Below are positions 16,652 to 24,346 of a stretch of 44,934 nucleotides of DNA, in pieces (within the stretch, counting starts at the first letter, position 1; each line of letters opens with the position of its first letter). A model generated the notes under the pieces. That model worked only from the letters and a program-made list of their open reading frames with translations, was not told the DNA's origin and searched no databases. Made by a program: the position numbers and the translations under genes. Source of the DNA: a virus (taxonomy: Duplodnaviria; Heunggongvirae; Uroviricota; Caudoviricetes); the IMG/VR virus record IMGVR_UViG_3300045988_006673, positions 1-44,934 of that record; one strand, given 5' to 3'.

Positions 16652-16665
16652 GTTGAGTGGGTATT

Positions 16666-16896
16666 TTACAGCTCTGCGGATGCCAGATGACTTGCCGCGA
16701 CTTTAACCGCATCTTTAAGGTTATCATACGCGGAAGTAAAAGACGCATGCGCCCCTTTTGATACGACGGTAACACCGCCGTTAAAGTACGCTTTTGCTCT
16801 CCAGCCACCATTTACCTTATCAATAAGGATGTAGTGGCTACCTTCTTCCGTTACCGTAACTGTGTTTTCATCGATTACTTCAAATTTAGTATCCAT
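16666..16896 (-). CDS. Hypothetical protein (76 aa)
   Basis: ORF with ATG start, downstream of a class II promoter. Confidence 0.45.
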   Translation of the reverse strand: MDTKFEVIDENTVTVTEEGSHYILIDKVNGGWRAKAYFNGGVTVVSKGAHASFTSAYDNLKDAVKVAASHLASAEL

Positions 16897-16941
16897 ATTT
16901 GCTCTCTCTCTGTTCGTTAAATTAGTGTATGAAGCGTTTTA

Positions 16942-16970
16942 ACTATACTAGCAGGCTATTCACGCGTCAA
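16942..16970 (-). promoter_or_regulatory. Class II promoter-like element (minus strand): TTGACG-N17-TATAGT, spacer contains TGAATAGC
   Basis: Near-consensus sigma70 hexamers at 17-bp spacing upstream of 16896 start. Confidence 0.45.
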
Positions 16971-17074
16971 CAACTTCTGCCTGTGTCAGTTATATAGGCC
17001 GTGTCGTGGTGCTCTTTTACCATCTCCGCCGTAATGGTCGTTGCCCACAGCGATAGTCCAGGCGTTAGGGATGA

Positions 17075-17380
17075 TTAATATCCGCATTCCCCGCTCTCCT
17101 TTCGCGTACTACTGGTTAATAACTTATCCTGCAAAATCATAACAGCATCAGCCATGATTTGTACGTGCCACAAATCTTTATCAGGGTACGGCAGTTTGTT
17201 AGGGTCGGACGACGATACACAGGTTGTTATCTTGGACCGCATAATGTCTATGAGAGTCAATAATTGCTTTTCATCACCACATTGAAGCACTAAGCTGACA
17301 AGTGTTTCGTATTCAGCGTTCTTTTCATCAACCGGGCTTTGTTTAATACCACAACATCTGCAAGGTTTCATCTCACTCAT
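17075..17380 (-). CDS. Hypothetical Cys-rich protein (101 aa)
   Basis: ORF in the early leftward region, overlapping stop/start with upstream gene. Confidence 0.4.
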   Translation of the reverse strand: MSEMKPCRCCGIKQSPVDEKNAEYETLVSLVLQCGDEKQLLTLIDIMRSKITTCVSSSDPNKLPYPDKDLWHVQIMADAVMILQDKLLTSSTRKESGECGY

Positions 17381-17637
17381 TCCCTGCTCTCCCCTCGTGC
17401 GATGCGTTGCTCAGTTTTGGTGATACCCCGGCGCGTGAATAACACCGGGCTAGTCTTAACGTGCGTCATCAGACGGTTGTTATAAATTACGTGGCGCTCG
17501 CAATCAACGTCTTTGCTGTACTTCGCAATCGTCATTTCGTTGATGCCGGTTTGACGGCATGTCTCGGCCATCGTGCCGTATTCTTTAATCAGGTTCGGAA
17601 TGCTGGTAATCATCCTACGAAATTCCTCGTTGTCCAC
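17377..17637 (-). CDS. Hypothetical protein (86 aa), possible HTH
   Basis: ORF; segment ETCRQTGINEMTIAKY resembles a helix-turn-helix. Confidence 0.4.
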   Translation of the reverse strand: MDNEEFRRMITSIPNLIKEYGTMAETCRQTGINEMTIAKYSKDVDCERHVIYNNRLMTHVKTSPVLFTRRGITKTEQRIARGESRE

Positions 17638-17782
17638 ATCGCGTTTGGATATTTGTTATCACGGTCCTGTACTACGGCAATCATGTTTCCACGTTGCACC
17701 AGGCAGAAGTGCCGCTGCTGCTCGCCGTTGTAGCGACGCCAGATTGCTTCTTCGATTGCTGCGTTGATGTCACTGAACATGC

Positions 17783-17974
17783 TCACCCCACTATCTCATC
17801 ACCAAGCCACGCCGTTTCTCGTATATCGTCAACCACACAAGCGGCGTGCTCACGGCTAATTGCAAAAATGTAGAAGCTGAACTTCTTCCCGTCGGCGTCG
17901 ATGTGGTTAACCGAGTAAGGCTTCCACAGAACGCCATCGATAACTACTGGCTCAGGCGCTTTCATCGGAGTCAC
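17783..17974 (-). CDS. Hypothetical protein (63 aa)
   Basis: ORF in compact early gene array. Confidence 0.35.
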   Translation of the reverse strand: MTPMKAPEPVVIDGVLWKPYSVNHIDADGKKFSFYIFAISREHAACVVDDIRETAWLGDEIVG

Positions 17975-18276
17975 TCTACGCTAATGCGGCGTATCTGGTA
18001 TGTAGCTCCGAGTTCATTTCGCAAGAGAAACTCTTTATACTCTTGTGCGTCAGATTCTTTCAAAAACGCTCTCGCTATAGTCTGTACGCCGTTTTTGGTG
18101 CGGGATACTATGCTTACACCGTTTTCATTCTTCATGCGCTCAAGCAACAACTTAAACGCCTCCAGTTGAAACTCACCGTTAATAGACAGTTGCCCACCTA
18201 ACGTCTGTTTCTCGGACTCAAGCACCAGAATACGGCGCTCGAGTGATGCGATTGTGATTTTAGGCATTGGTATCAC
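17971..18276 (-). CDS. Hypothetical protein (101 aa)
   Basis: ORF in compact early gene array, overlapping stop/start with neighbours. Confidence 0.4.
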   Translation of the reverse strand: MIPMPKITIASLERRILVLESEKQTLGGQLSINGEFQLEAFKLLLERMKNENGVSIVSRTKNGVQTIARAFLKESDAQEYKEFLLRNELGATYQIRRISVE

Positions 18277-18445
18277 CTTTGTTCAGGTTGAAGCGGTTAA
18301 TCAGTTCACGGCGTGTCTCATATAGCGACTCAACCATTTGCTCGGCCACCGCGATTTTAGTATTCAGGACGTGCATCACGTGGCTAATGTCCACACCGCT
18401 GTCAACAGCCTCAACCATCATCTTTTCATATTCGCGGTCAGTCAT
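18260..18445 (-). CDS. Hypothetical protein (61 aa)
   Basis: ORF in compact early gene array. Confidence 0.35.
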   Translation of the reverse strand: MTDREYEKMMVEAVDSGVDISHVMHVLNTKIAVAEQMVESLYETRRELINRFNLNKGDTNA

Positions 18446-18741
18446 GCTTTACGCTCTCCCACATGCGATTGAGATACTTGTTCTTGTCCGGGCCAGGGAA
18501 ACTGTTACGTTTCATCAGTTCCTCGCGTGTCGGGAACGGGGTGTGGTTGACTTTACGGCCTACTCGTAACGGCTGGCTTGCTGGACCTTGTTCGCTCATT
18601 TCTTCTCTCCTGCATAAGCTGCTTTAAGTGTCTGCATCGCGGCGAACCAGAACGCGGCCGCGGGAATGCTGTTGCTCAGGTTACTAACGGCGATGCGGGC
18701 CATCAGTTGTGCGTCTTTGAATGCTTCGATATCTGTGATTT

Positions 18742-18975
18742 TCATTGGTCAAATTCCTTAATCAGTTCGTCTACCGCGTCGTCCGTATCCGCGTCTAATC
18801 CTCCGCAGTTAGAAAGTACTTCTACGTAATCACTGTCATTCATACCTATCGCCGAGAAGAACTCTACAATAGTAAGTTTTACAAGTTCACGCTGCTCTGC
18901 ATCTGTGCATGAATACAAAGAGCAATTAACCGCGTCTCGTAGTTTTAGTTTAAGGGTGCTTTTATCTGTAACCAT
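18742..18975 (-). CDS. Hypothetical acidic protein (77 aa)
   Basis: ORF immediately downstream of minus-strand promoter at 19009..19037. Confidence 0.4.
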   Translation of the reverse strand: MVTDKSTLKLKLRDAVNCSLYSCTDAEQRELVKLTIVEFFSAIGMNDSDYVEVLSNCGGLDADTDDAVDELIKEFDQ

Positions 18976-19008
18976 CTTCTCTACTCCGTTCTCGTTGTCG
19001 ATGGAGTA

Positions 19009-19037
19009 AATATAATAGGGTCTAAGGTAATAGTCAA
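19009..19037 (-). promoter_or_regulatory. Promoter-like element (minus strand): TTGACT-N17-TATATT
   Basis: Sigma70-like hexamers at 17-bp spacing; forward strand carries AATATAATAGGGT as in class I spacers. Confidence 0.4.
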
Positions 19038-19067
19038 CTAGTCATTGCAGAAAATAGATAAAAAAAA

Positions 19068-19092
19068 ATCCCGGCTGGGTCAGGGCCGGGAT
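19068..19092 (-). terminator. Strong rho-independent terminator (ATCCCGGC-N9-GCCGGGAT followed by T9 on the minus strand)
   Basis: 8-bp stem and nine-T run downstream of the endolysin gene. Confidence 0.75.
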
Positions 19093-19156
19093 AAAACTGG
19101 AGAGCAGAGGGATGGAGCAGGAGGTGATTTAAGTATCGTCGGATTAGTCTTGGGTG

Positions 19157-19645
19157 TCAACCTTTCACCGCGCGCCCAATAGCTTCTGCCTCCTGCCACG
19201 GCTTACCGTCGAACAGCGCCAGACGACCGGCTGTACGGCGACGCAGGCCGAGTAACGGTTTGCCGTTTTGGTTGATGAACAACGCCAGCTTAGCCCGCAG
19301 CGTCGCGATATCCCCCGAACGCAGCGCCTTGCCCGTGCCAGTAGTAGCTGCAATCACGCCAGCACCTGCGTTATAGACCAGGTCGCAAACAGCGTCGAAC
19401 TGGGCTTGTGTCAATGAATGGTGCGCTGCTGCGTCGACCGCAGCTACGGCCTTAGCCATATCGCGATTCAGTAACAGGAGGCCTTGTCCTGGCGTGATGG
19501 TCTTGCCTGGCGTTACGTCAGGCCCATAGTGACCGTAGCCTATAGTAAGGTACTTCTCGTTCGGTGTAGCGCGATACGCGGTTCCACGGAATCCCTCGAA
19601 CGCAGCGGTAAAATGCAATCCATTATCTGAAATGTTTCGAGACAC
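19157..19645 (-). CDS. Endolysin (lysozyme-like muramidase)
   Basis: N-terminal EGFRGTAYRATPNEKYLTIGYGH block typical of T4 e-type/GH24 lysozymes; follows holin genes. Confidence 0.75.
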   Translation of the reverse strand: MSRNISDNGLHFTAAFEGFRGTAYRATPNEKYLTIGYGHYGPDVTPGKTITPGQGLLLLNRDMAKAVAAVDAAAHHSLTQAQFDAVCDLVYNAGAGVIAATTGTGKALRSGDIATLRAKLALFINQNGKPLLGLRRRTAGRLALFDGKPWQEAEAIGRAVKG

Positions 19646-19895
19646 GCTTGTGCCCTCCGTATGATAGCCACGCCTGGCGAATCTGACGCAGCGCTACTAA
19701 TGTGATTAATGTCTCAGGCAGCGTTGGTGACATGCTGCCCTGTAACAGGTGGATACATCCGGCAGCGCAGACGATAGCTGTCAGGATATAGAGCACCCGG
19801 CCAAATAATCCGTCGTCCACGCCGGGATGGTACACATTAAACAGCGATGTGCCTCCGATTGCCAGCATACCGCCGAACCAGAATAACTCATTCAT
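19623..19895 (-). CDS. Holin/antiholin-like small membrane protein
   Basis: ATG at 19895 with GAGGAGG RBS; two or three predicted transmembrane segments; overlaps endolysin start. Confidence 0.5.
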   Translation of the reverse strand: MNELFWFGGMLAIGGTSLFNVYHPGVDDGLFGRVLYILTAIVCAAGCIHLLQGSMSPTLPETLITLVALRQIRQAWLSYGGHKRVSKHFR

Positions 19896-20196
19896 CCGGG
19901 CCTCCTCGACGTGCGATGTATTCTCCGGCGACGATACCGGAGAGGCGGGAATAGATGGGCATCCAGAGGACAGCGATGATAAATCCGAGGCCAGCGATTT
20001 CACGTTCGCCCGTGATGCCAAACCATTGAGCTGCGAGAGGTGCACCAAATACGGCGCAAGTGAAGCCAGTTGCAATAAAGCAGAATCCGTCGATGGGACC
20101 AGAAATAACGGACTTATGTTGCCTTAGTCCGATTACCCCTCCGGCTAGCGCGGCAGCGAGAAGCCACCCCGTCACTGTTTCAGTAAATTTATCCAA
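19888..20196 (-). CDS. Holin-like membrane protein (three hydrophobic segments), TTG start
   Basis: TTG start 8 nt after GGAGG RBS; three hydrophobic helices; immediately upstream of second holin-like gene and lysozyme. Confidence 0.5.
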   Translation of the reverse strand: MDKFTETVTGWLLAAALAGGVIGLRQHKSVISGPIDGFCFIATGFTCAVFGAPLAAQWFGITGEREIAGLGFIIAVLWMPIYSRLSGIVAGEYIARRGGPDE

Positions 20197-20271
20197 GATG
20201 AATCCTCCAGGTGCGTATTAAGTATGCAGTAACTGGAGGATACCACGGGTAGGAATTATCCTAATAACGGT

Positions 20272-20565
20272 TTATTTATGACGCCAGATGTATTGTCGTC
20301 TCTGCGGTTTCGTCGGAATATCATCGTACCCCAGCGATTTCCAGTAATTAAATAACCGGTTAGCGATTGCCGCGTGTTTCTGTGTCTTGAACTCACCAAG
20401 ATTCACAGCCTTTCCGTTCTGGAACCCGCAGGCGCGGACAGCTTTGCGTCTGGCCTGAATCTCTGGGTACAGCGCGTTACCGCGACGCTTGTGTATGCGC
20501 GTCTTCGCTCTCGGTGACAGCGGCGCAAGGCCGCTTCGTTTCAGGATGTCAGTTGCAAGAGACAT
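20272..20565 (-). CDS. AP2-domain DNA-binding protein (stand-alone), putative
   Basis: NGKAVNLGEFKTQKHAAIANRLFNYW resembles the AP2 DNA-binding domain seen in phage HNH-AP2 endonucleases; start chosen at ATG 20565. Confidence 0.45.
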   Translation of the reverse strand: MSLATDILKRSGLAPLSPRAKTRIHKRRGNALYPEIQARRKAVRACGFQNGKAVNLGEFKTQKHAAIANRLFNYWKSLGYDDIPTKPQRRQYIWRHK

Positions 20566-20861
20566 CACTCCACCCCTTCCACATGCGTAATTGACCCACA
20601 GTTCGCGCACTCGATGTAATCCGGGAACTGGTCTTTGTATTTTTGTAACTCGGCTTCCGCTTTTTCTGCCCGCGCTAAAGAGTCGAAAGCGTCATTGGGT
20701 ATCCGCGCACGCCTCGCCCTGAGTTCATTGAACTTACGCTCAAGTTCCTCGTAGTCTTCATAACCCACCCAGTCACCTTTGTCGCTCTTCACCATCTCGT
20801 AATACGGGTGGTACGGACTAGCGTCCACATCTTTAAGCTCATATCTCTGTACCATAATCAC
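20565..20861 (-). CDS. Hypothetical protein (98 aa)
   Basis: ORF, overlapping stop/start with neighbours. Confidence 0.4.
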   Translation of the reverse strand: MIMVQRYELKDVDASPYHPYYEMVKSDKGDWVGYEDYEELERKFNELRARRARIPNDAFDSLARAEKAEAELQKYKDQFPDYIECANCGSITHVEGVE

Positions 20862-21085
20862 TTCTCCTGTTTACCAAGTCGCTTAGGTGAGCAGATAGCG
20901 CGTACCTCTGAATCGATGGGCTTGTCACCCTGAAACAGGAAGTGCGCGTTCTCTGCGGCGCGTGCCGCAGACTGGCACGCCTCCATCGAGTAAAACGTTT
21001 CTGATGCCGCGAGTTGCATCTGACCAGCGGACATCACCCAGATAAAAAGGATGCTGGTCATTTCTTTAATCCACATTTTTTGCAC
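20858..21085 (-). CDS. Small protein with N-terminal hydrophobic segment (75 aa)
   Basis: ORF; hydrophobic N-terminus MTSILFIWVMSAG. Confidence 0.35.
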   Translation of the reverse strand: MQKMWIKEMTSILFIWVMSAGQMQLAASETFYSMEACQSAARAAENAHFLFQGDKPIDSEVRAICSPKRLGKQEK

Positions 21086-21507
21086 ATCATCGAAGCGCCT
21101 TTATCGTAAAAGTACCAATCATGCTCACACCCCTGCGCGTCTTCTTTTCGGCAACCGGATTGCTCGGGGCCAAGCGCACCTTTGCGTATAAGTTTGTAAG
21201 CCTCGACGTCACCCGTAGCCTTAGCCAACGCGATATGCAAATCCTTAAGCTGCGCCGAAGCATCACGTAACTGATTCTTAAGTGACTGCACATCGTGCGC
21301 CAGGTCTTCGCACTGTTTCTTGTACGGGTTGTGTTCCAGGCCAATGTAAGCATCAATTATGGCGTTTTCCTCGTCGGTATAGATACCGCGACCCACGATA
21401 CTACGGTCTATACTCCACCGTTTAATTTCACCCATCACATCTACGACTGGTAGCTGCCGCCGTAGTTGGTCAATCAAGTACTCGAATACTTCGTTTTTAG
21501 TGCTCAT
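21058..21507 (-). CDS. Hypothetical coiled-coil protein with C-terminal Cys cluster (start uncertain)
   Basis: ORF; start chosen at ATG 21507 overlapping the upstream small ORF; C-terminal CEHDW...CKKCG. Confidence 0.4.
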   Translation of the reverse strand: MSTKNEVFEYLIDQLRRQLPVVDVMGEIKRWSIDRSIVGRGIYTDEENAIIDAYIGLEHNPYKKQCEDLAHDVQSLKNQLRDASAQLKDLHIALAKATGDVEAYKLIRKGALGPEQSGCRKEDAQGCEHDWYFYDKGASMMCKKCGLKK

Positions 21508-21656
21508 ATTCTTCACTGACTCCGTTATAGACGCCGTTGTAATCTCCGTCGCAGATGAACGGGTAGAGCATATCTTCGTACTCGTCCTGCAACTCACCCA
21601 AAGTTACTTCGCTATAATCTTTCATCTTCTGTCTCTCCTCTCGTTTGTGTAAATGA

Positions 21657-21685
21657 ATAGTAGCCTATTCTATCATAGTGTGCAA
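21657..21685 (-). promoter_or_regulatory. Class I promoter-like element P4 (minus strand): TTGCAC-N17-TACTAT
   Basis: Reverse complement TTGCACACTATGATAGAATAGGCTACTATTCA; upstream of the gene block starting near 21628. Confidence 0.45.
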
Positions 21686-21948
21686 GTACATTTTATTGGG
21701 GCCCGACGCACCCACTCACGCACCAACCACCCCGCAAAAAGAAACGCCGGGTTTAAGTTTCAGGTTACGGACAATCACCGTCTCTACTGAATAGATTGAT
21801 TCATACCTCGAGTGCCCTCTTCCGTGGCCAAGTTTAACCATGCCTCCGGTTACTTCGGTTACTAACCTCTTCCTCCCATTGACCAGGACGACATCGCCCG
21901 GGCGCACATCAGGATGTTTAAGTTGAGCCAGTCGCTCTTCATATCTGG

Positions 21949-22221
21949 TTATTGTTGCATCTCCTGCAACGCGGAGAATGCAACAATAACTCCGTTCGCC
22001 TTTAGCCAGTGGTACACGAACACATCGCTCGGAGACGGCGCTCCAAGAATCCCGACGATATTTAGGTGGGACAGCAACCCTTCAATTTCTCGCATGGAAT
22101 AAATATCATGCGAACGACCACTATTCAGGGTTAGTGTTGCGTCACCGAAAGGAGTACCGTCGGTATGACCTACGCCTGTCATGTAGCCGCGTAAGAATTC
22201 TATCTTCTCTCTGTCTGTCAT
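21949..22221 (-). CDS. Hypothetical protein (90 aa), flanked by a 19-bp direct repeat
   Basis: ATG at 22221 with GGAG RBS; the 19-mer ATTGTTGCATCTCCTGCAA occurs at 21951..21969 and 22220..22238. Confidence 0.45.
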   Translation of the reverse strand: MTDREKIEFLRGYMTGVGHTDGTPFGDATLTLNSGRSHDIYSMREIEGLLSHLNIVGILGAPSPSDVFVYHWLKANGVIVAFSALQEMQQ

Positions 22222-22292
22222 TGTTGCATCTCCTGCAATAGTCGCTTCGATTGTTGCGTTTGGTGAAATAGAACAAAAATGAGAAAAATGAT

Positions 22293-22312
22293 ACGCTGCT
22301 GTGTAGCAGCGT
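22293..22312 (-). terminator. Rho-independent terminator ACGCTGCT-N4-AGCAGCGT followed by a T-rich tract on the minus strand
   Basis: 8-bp stem; ATCATTTTTCTCATTTTTG downstream on the minus strand; after gene 22346..22540. Confidence 0.55.
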
Positions 22313-22345
22313 AAGTCACTTAGTAAAATCCCAAACTATTGAACA

Positions 22346-22540
22346 TCACACTTCCGGCGGCTCAGGTAACGGCATCCAGTGGGTAACATCCTCACTACTG
22401 ATATTTGAGTTACGCGGCGCCCAACAATCCCAGAAACTGTCGCAATCCCACCACATCACCTCAACGTTAACCCCGTCCGAAACCAGCACCTCTTCAAATT
22501 CTTCTGGCGTCCTCTCACTACACTTAATCCACTCGCCCAT
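22346..22540 (-). CDS. DUF551-like small phage protein
   Basis: C-terminal W-MPLPEPP motif characteristic of a common small phage protein family. Confidence 0.45.
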   Translation of the reverse strand: MGEWIKCSERTPEEFEEVLVSDGVNVEVMWWDCDSFWDCWAPRNSNISSEDVTHWMPLPEPPEV

Positions 22541-22690
22541 AAATCACCCCTTATTCATCACAGCCTGCACACCAGCTTTCCACGCCCGCCACGCGAGACG
22601 CGTCTTAACGTTCAGGTACTCTTTCTTCGAACCCTTGTTAACCGGCAGACCCTCGACGACGGCCCACCGTTCGAATGCTTCTCTCATAAC

Positions 22691-22924
22691 TTAGTCCTCA
22701 CTTAATGCCTGAGCCGCGACCCGGATGATGGCGGATAAACACTGTGCGCAAGGCTCTTGCCTGAATCCGTTTTCTACAGCATATAGGGCGTGTTGGGCGT
22801 CCTGGAACAGCCATTCACCGTACGATGGAGTGGCTCCGCACCACGTTTCTATTTCATTCGTCGGCAATCTATCCCCGTCCCGATGGTCTACCTTGATTAT
22901 GTGTTTTCGCATACCTACCCCCAC
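22691..22924 (-). CDS. Hypothetical protein (77 aa)
   Basis: ORF in early leftward operon. Confidence 0.35.
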   Translation of the reverse strand: MGVGMRKHIIKVDHRDGDRLPTNEIETWCGATPSYGEWLFQDAQHALYAVENGFRQEPCAQCLSAIIRVAAQALSED

Positions 22925-22975
22925 AACACGTGCACCACATAAACGACGCTGACAATTAATAAAATAAACAGGTAA

Positions 22976-23215
22976 TTATTCACGGCAACCTCCCTCAGAG
23001 TCGTCGGCACGAGCATCATGATTCGATGCCGTTGTGTATATTTCCGCTTCGGCCTTAGTTACCGGGATTGTGTATCTCCCTGTCTTAATCCACCAGCCGC
23101 CGTTACAGGAATCCAGCACATCAAAAACATCACCGATATTTACGCCTATGCTTTCCAGAGTATCTTTAGCTGTTTCATAGGTAACGGTGTTATCTGTAAT
23201 TATGATTTGCATCAC
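22976..23215 (-). CDS. Hypothetical protein (79 aa)
   Basis: ORF in early leftward operon. Confidence 0.4.
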   Translation of the reverse strand: MMQIIITDNTVTYETAKDTLESIGVNIGDVFDVLDSCNGGWWIKTGRYTIPVTKAEAEIYTTASNHDARADDSEGGCRE

Positions 23216-23403
23216 TTCGCCCCTTTGAATTTAAAATTGTTGCCGATGAGTTTTAGCTCGTGTCCTCTGTACCAGATACCAAAAGACCAATACGGATTAG
23301 TAATAAGATACAGGTCCACGAGTCTCTTAGAAACGTGCCTAATTACCCCGACCCCGTTGCACTTTGTTTTCACCAACTGACCCTTCTTAAACATAACCCT
23401 CAC
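23212..23403 (-). CDS. Hypothetical protein (63 aa), first gene of the early leftward operon
   Basis: ORF starting about 25 bp downstream of promoter P5. Confidence 0.4.
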   Translation of the reverse strand: MRVMFKKGQLVKTKCNGVGVIRHVSKRLVDLYLITNPYWSFGIWYRGHELKLIGNNFKFKGAK

Positions 23404-23428
23404 TCCTCTGTCCCGTTTCGATAAGTGA

Positions 23429-23457
23429 ATAGTATCCTATTATGTTGGGGTGTGCAA
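23429..23457 (-). promoter_or_regulatory. Class I promoter-like element P5 (minus strand): TTGCAC-N17-TACTAT, spacer ACCCCAACATAATAGGA
   Basis: Reverse complement nearly identical to P1 and P2. Confidence 0.5.
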
Positions 23458-23827
23458 GAGAATAGTTACGTTGCCGTTGTGATTCTTCAGGTAGGGTTGT
23501 GCCTTTATTCTTATTACTTGGTAACTAAAGGGCAGGCCTTAAGCCTGCCCAATAATCGTTACATTTTTACGGTTGCGAATCTACGGCACATTAAGAAAAT
23601 CAGATACTTAAGAGATATGCCGCCGATGAGAATAGAGCTTGCCCAGGGCAACCGGAGATACTTAGGAAGGAAAGTTACGATAATTCTCATGTTCAGTAAG
23701 CCTGTGTTTAACCCTTTGCTTGTCGCACGGGTTAAACATTCTTACAAGGTGAACAGGAATCAAAGTAACTAAGATACAGAAGCACCTTAAACGAAGATTT
23801 TCATAATGTCAATAGGTGCGATTATGT

Positions 23828-23856
23828 TTGATTTCCCATTATTCGCAATGTATACT
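23828..23856 (+). promoter_or_regulatory. Rightward early promoter: TTGATT-N17-TATACT
   Basis: Sigma70-like hexamers at 17-bp spacing, about 30 bp upstream of the 23889 start. Confidence 0.5.
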
Positions 23857-23888
23857 AGATTTCGTTAACTGATAATGAGGGTTTTAGA

Positions 23889-24059
23889 ATGACACAGAAT
23901 GAGGTAGCCGAGCGTATCGGGGTTACTCGTCGCACACTGAATAACTGGTTAAAGAGTGGGAAGTTTCCGGATTGTTGTATTCGCATTATGGGCCGCCGGC
24001 AGCCAGGTACGTTTGACCCGGAGAAAGTGGAAGCGTGGATTAAGGAGAACGTGAAATGA
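23889..24059 (+). CDS. AlpA/Xis-like HTH DNA-binding protein (56 aa)
   Basis: MTQNEVAERIGVTRRTLNNWLKSGKFP matches the AlpA-family HTH pattern; RBS AATGAGGG; not in ORF track (<60 aa). Confidence 0.55.
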   Translation: MTQNEVAERIGVTRRTLNNWLKSGKFPDCCIRIMGRRQPGTFDPEKVEAWIKENVK

Positions 24060-24289
24060 CCGAATTCCAGTCACGCGTATTTACGGCGGTCGTTTCGTTA
24101 ACATGTAAAAAAGGGTCGTGCAGCGTTATCGACTTGCGCCGCAGTTATTTTAAGTACTATAGTTCCGCCATTATTGAAGGGTCGTTGAGGGTGCTGGTTA
24201 AATCTGGTGTCGTGAAAAACACTGGCGGGAAATATAGCGCCGTTGCTGAAGTTCGTGGAATGACCGCTACTTTAGAAGACCTGGAATAA
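24056..24289 (+). CDS. Hypothetical protein (77 aa) ending in LEDLE
   Basis: ATGA overlap with upstream gene. Confidence 0.4.
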   Translation: MTEFQSRVFTAVVSLTCKKGSCSVIDLRRSYFKYYSSAIIEGSLRVLVKSGVVKNTGGKYSAVAEVRGMTATLEDLE

Positions 24290-24346
24290 AAGAAAGCCCC
24301 GACGTTAGAGCGCCGAGGCCAAATTACTTGCTGAAGGAAATACAAC

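Noticed and set aside
21716-21907. 63-aa minus-strand ORF with GTG start
   Set aside because: No RBS before the GTG, the frame is open upstream without a start, and it overlaps the 19-bp repeat region; coding status too uncertain to annotate
23425-23772. 115-aa plus-strand ORF in the early intergenic region
   Set aside because: Starts inside the minus-strand promoter P5, has no RBS, and the region is rich in hairpins and repeats; more likely non-coding control DNA
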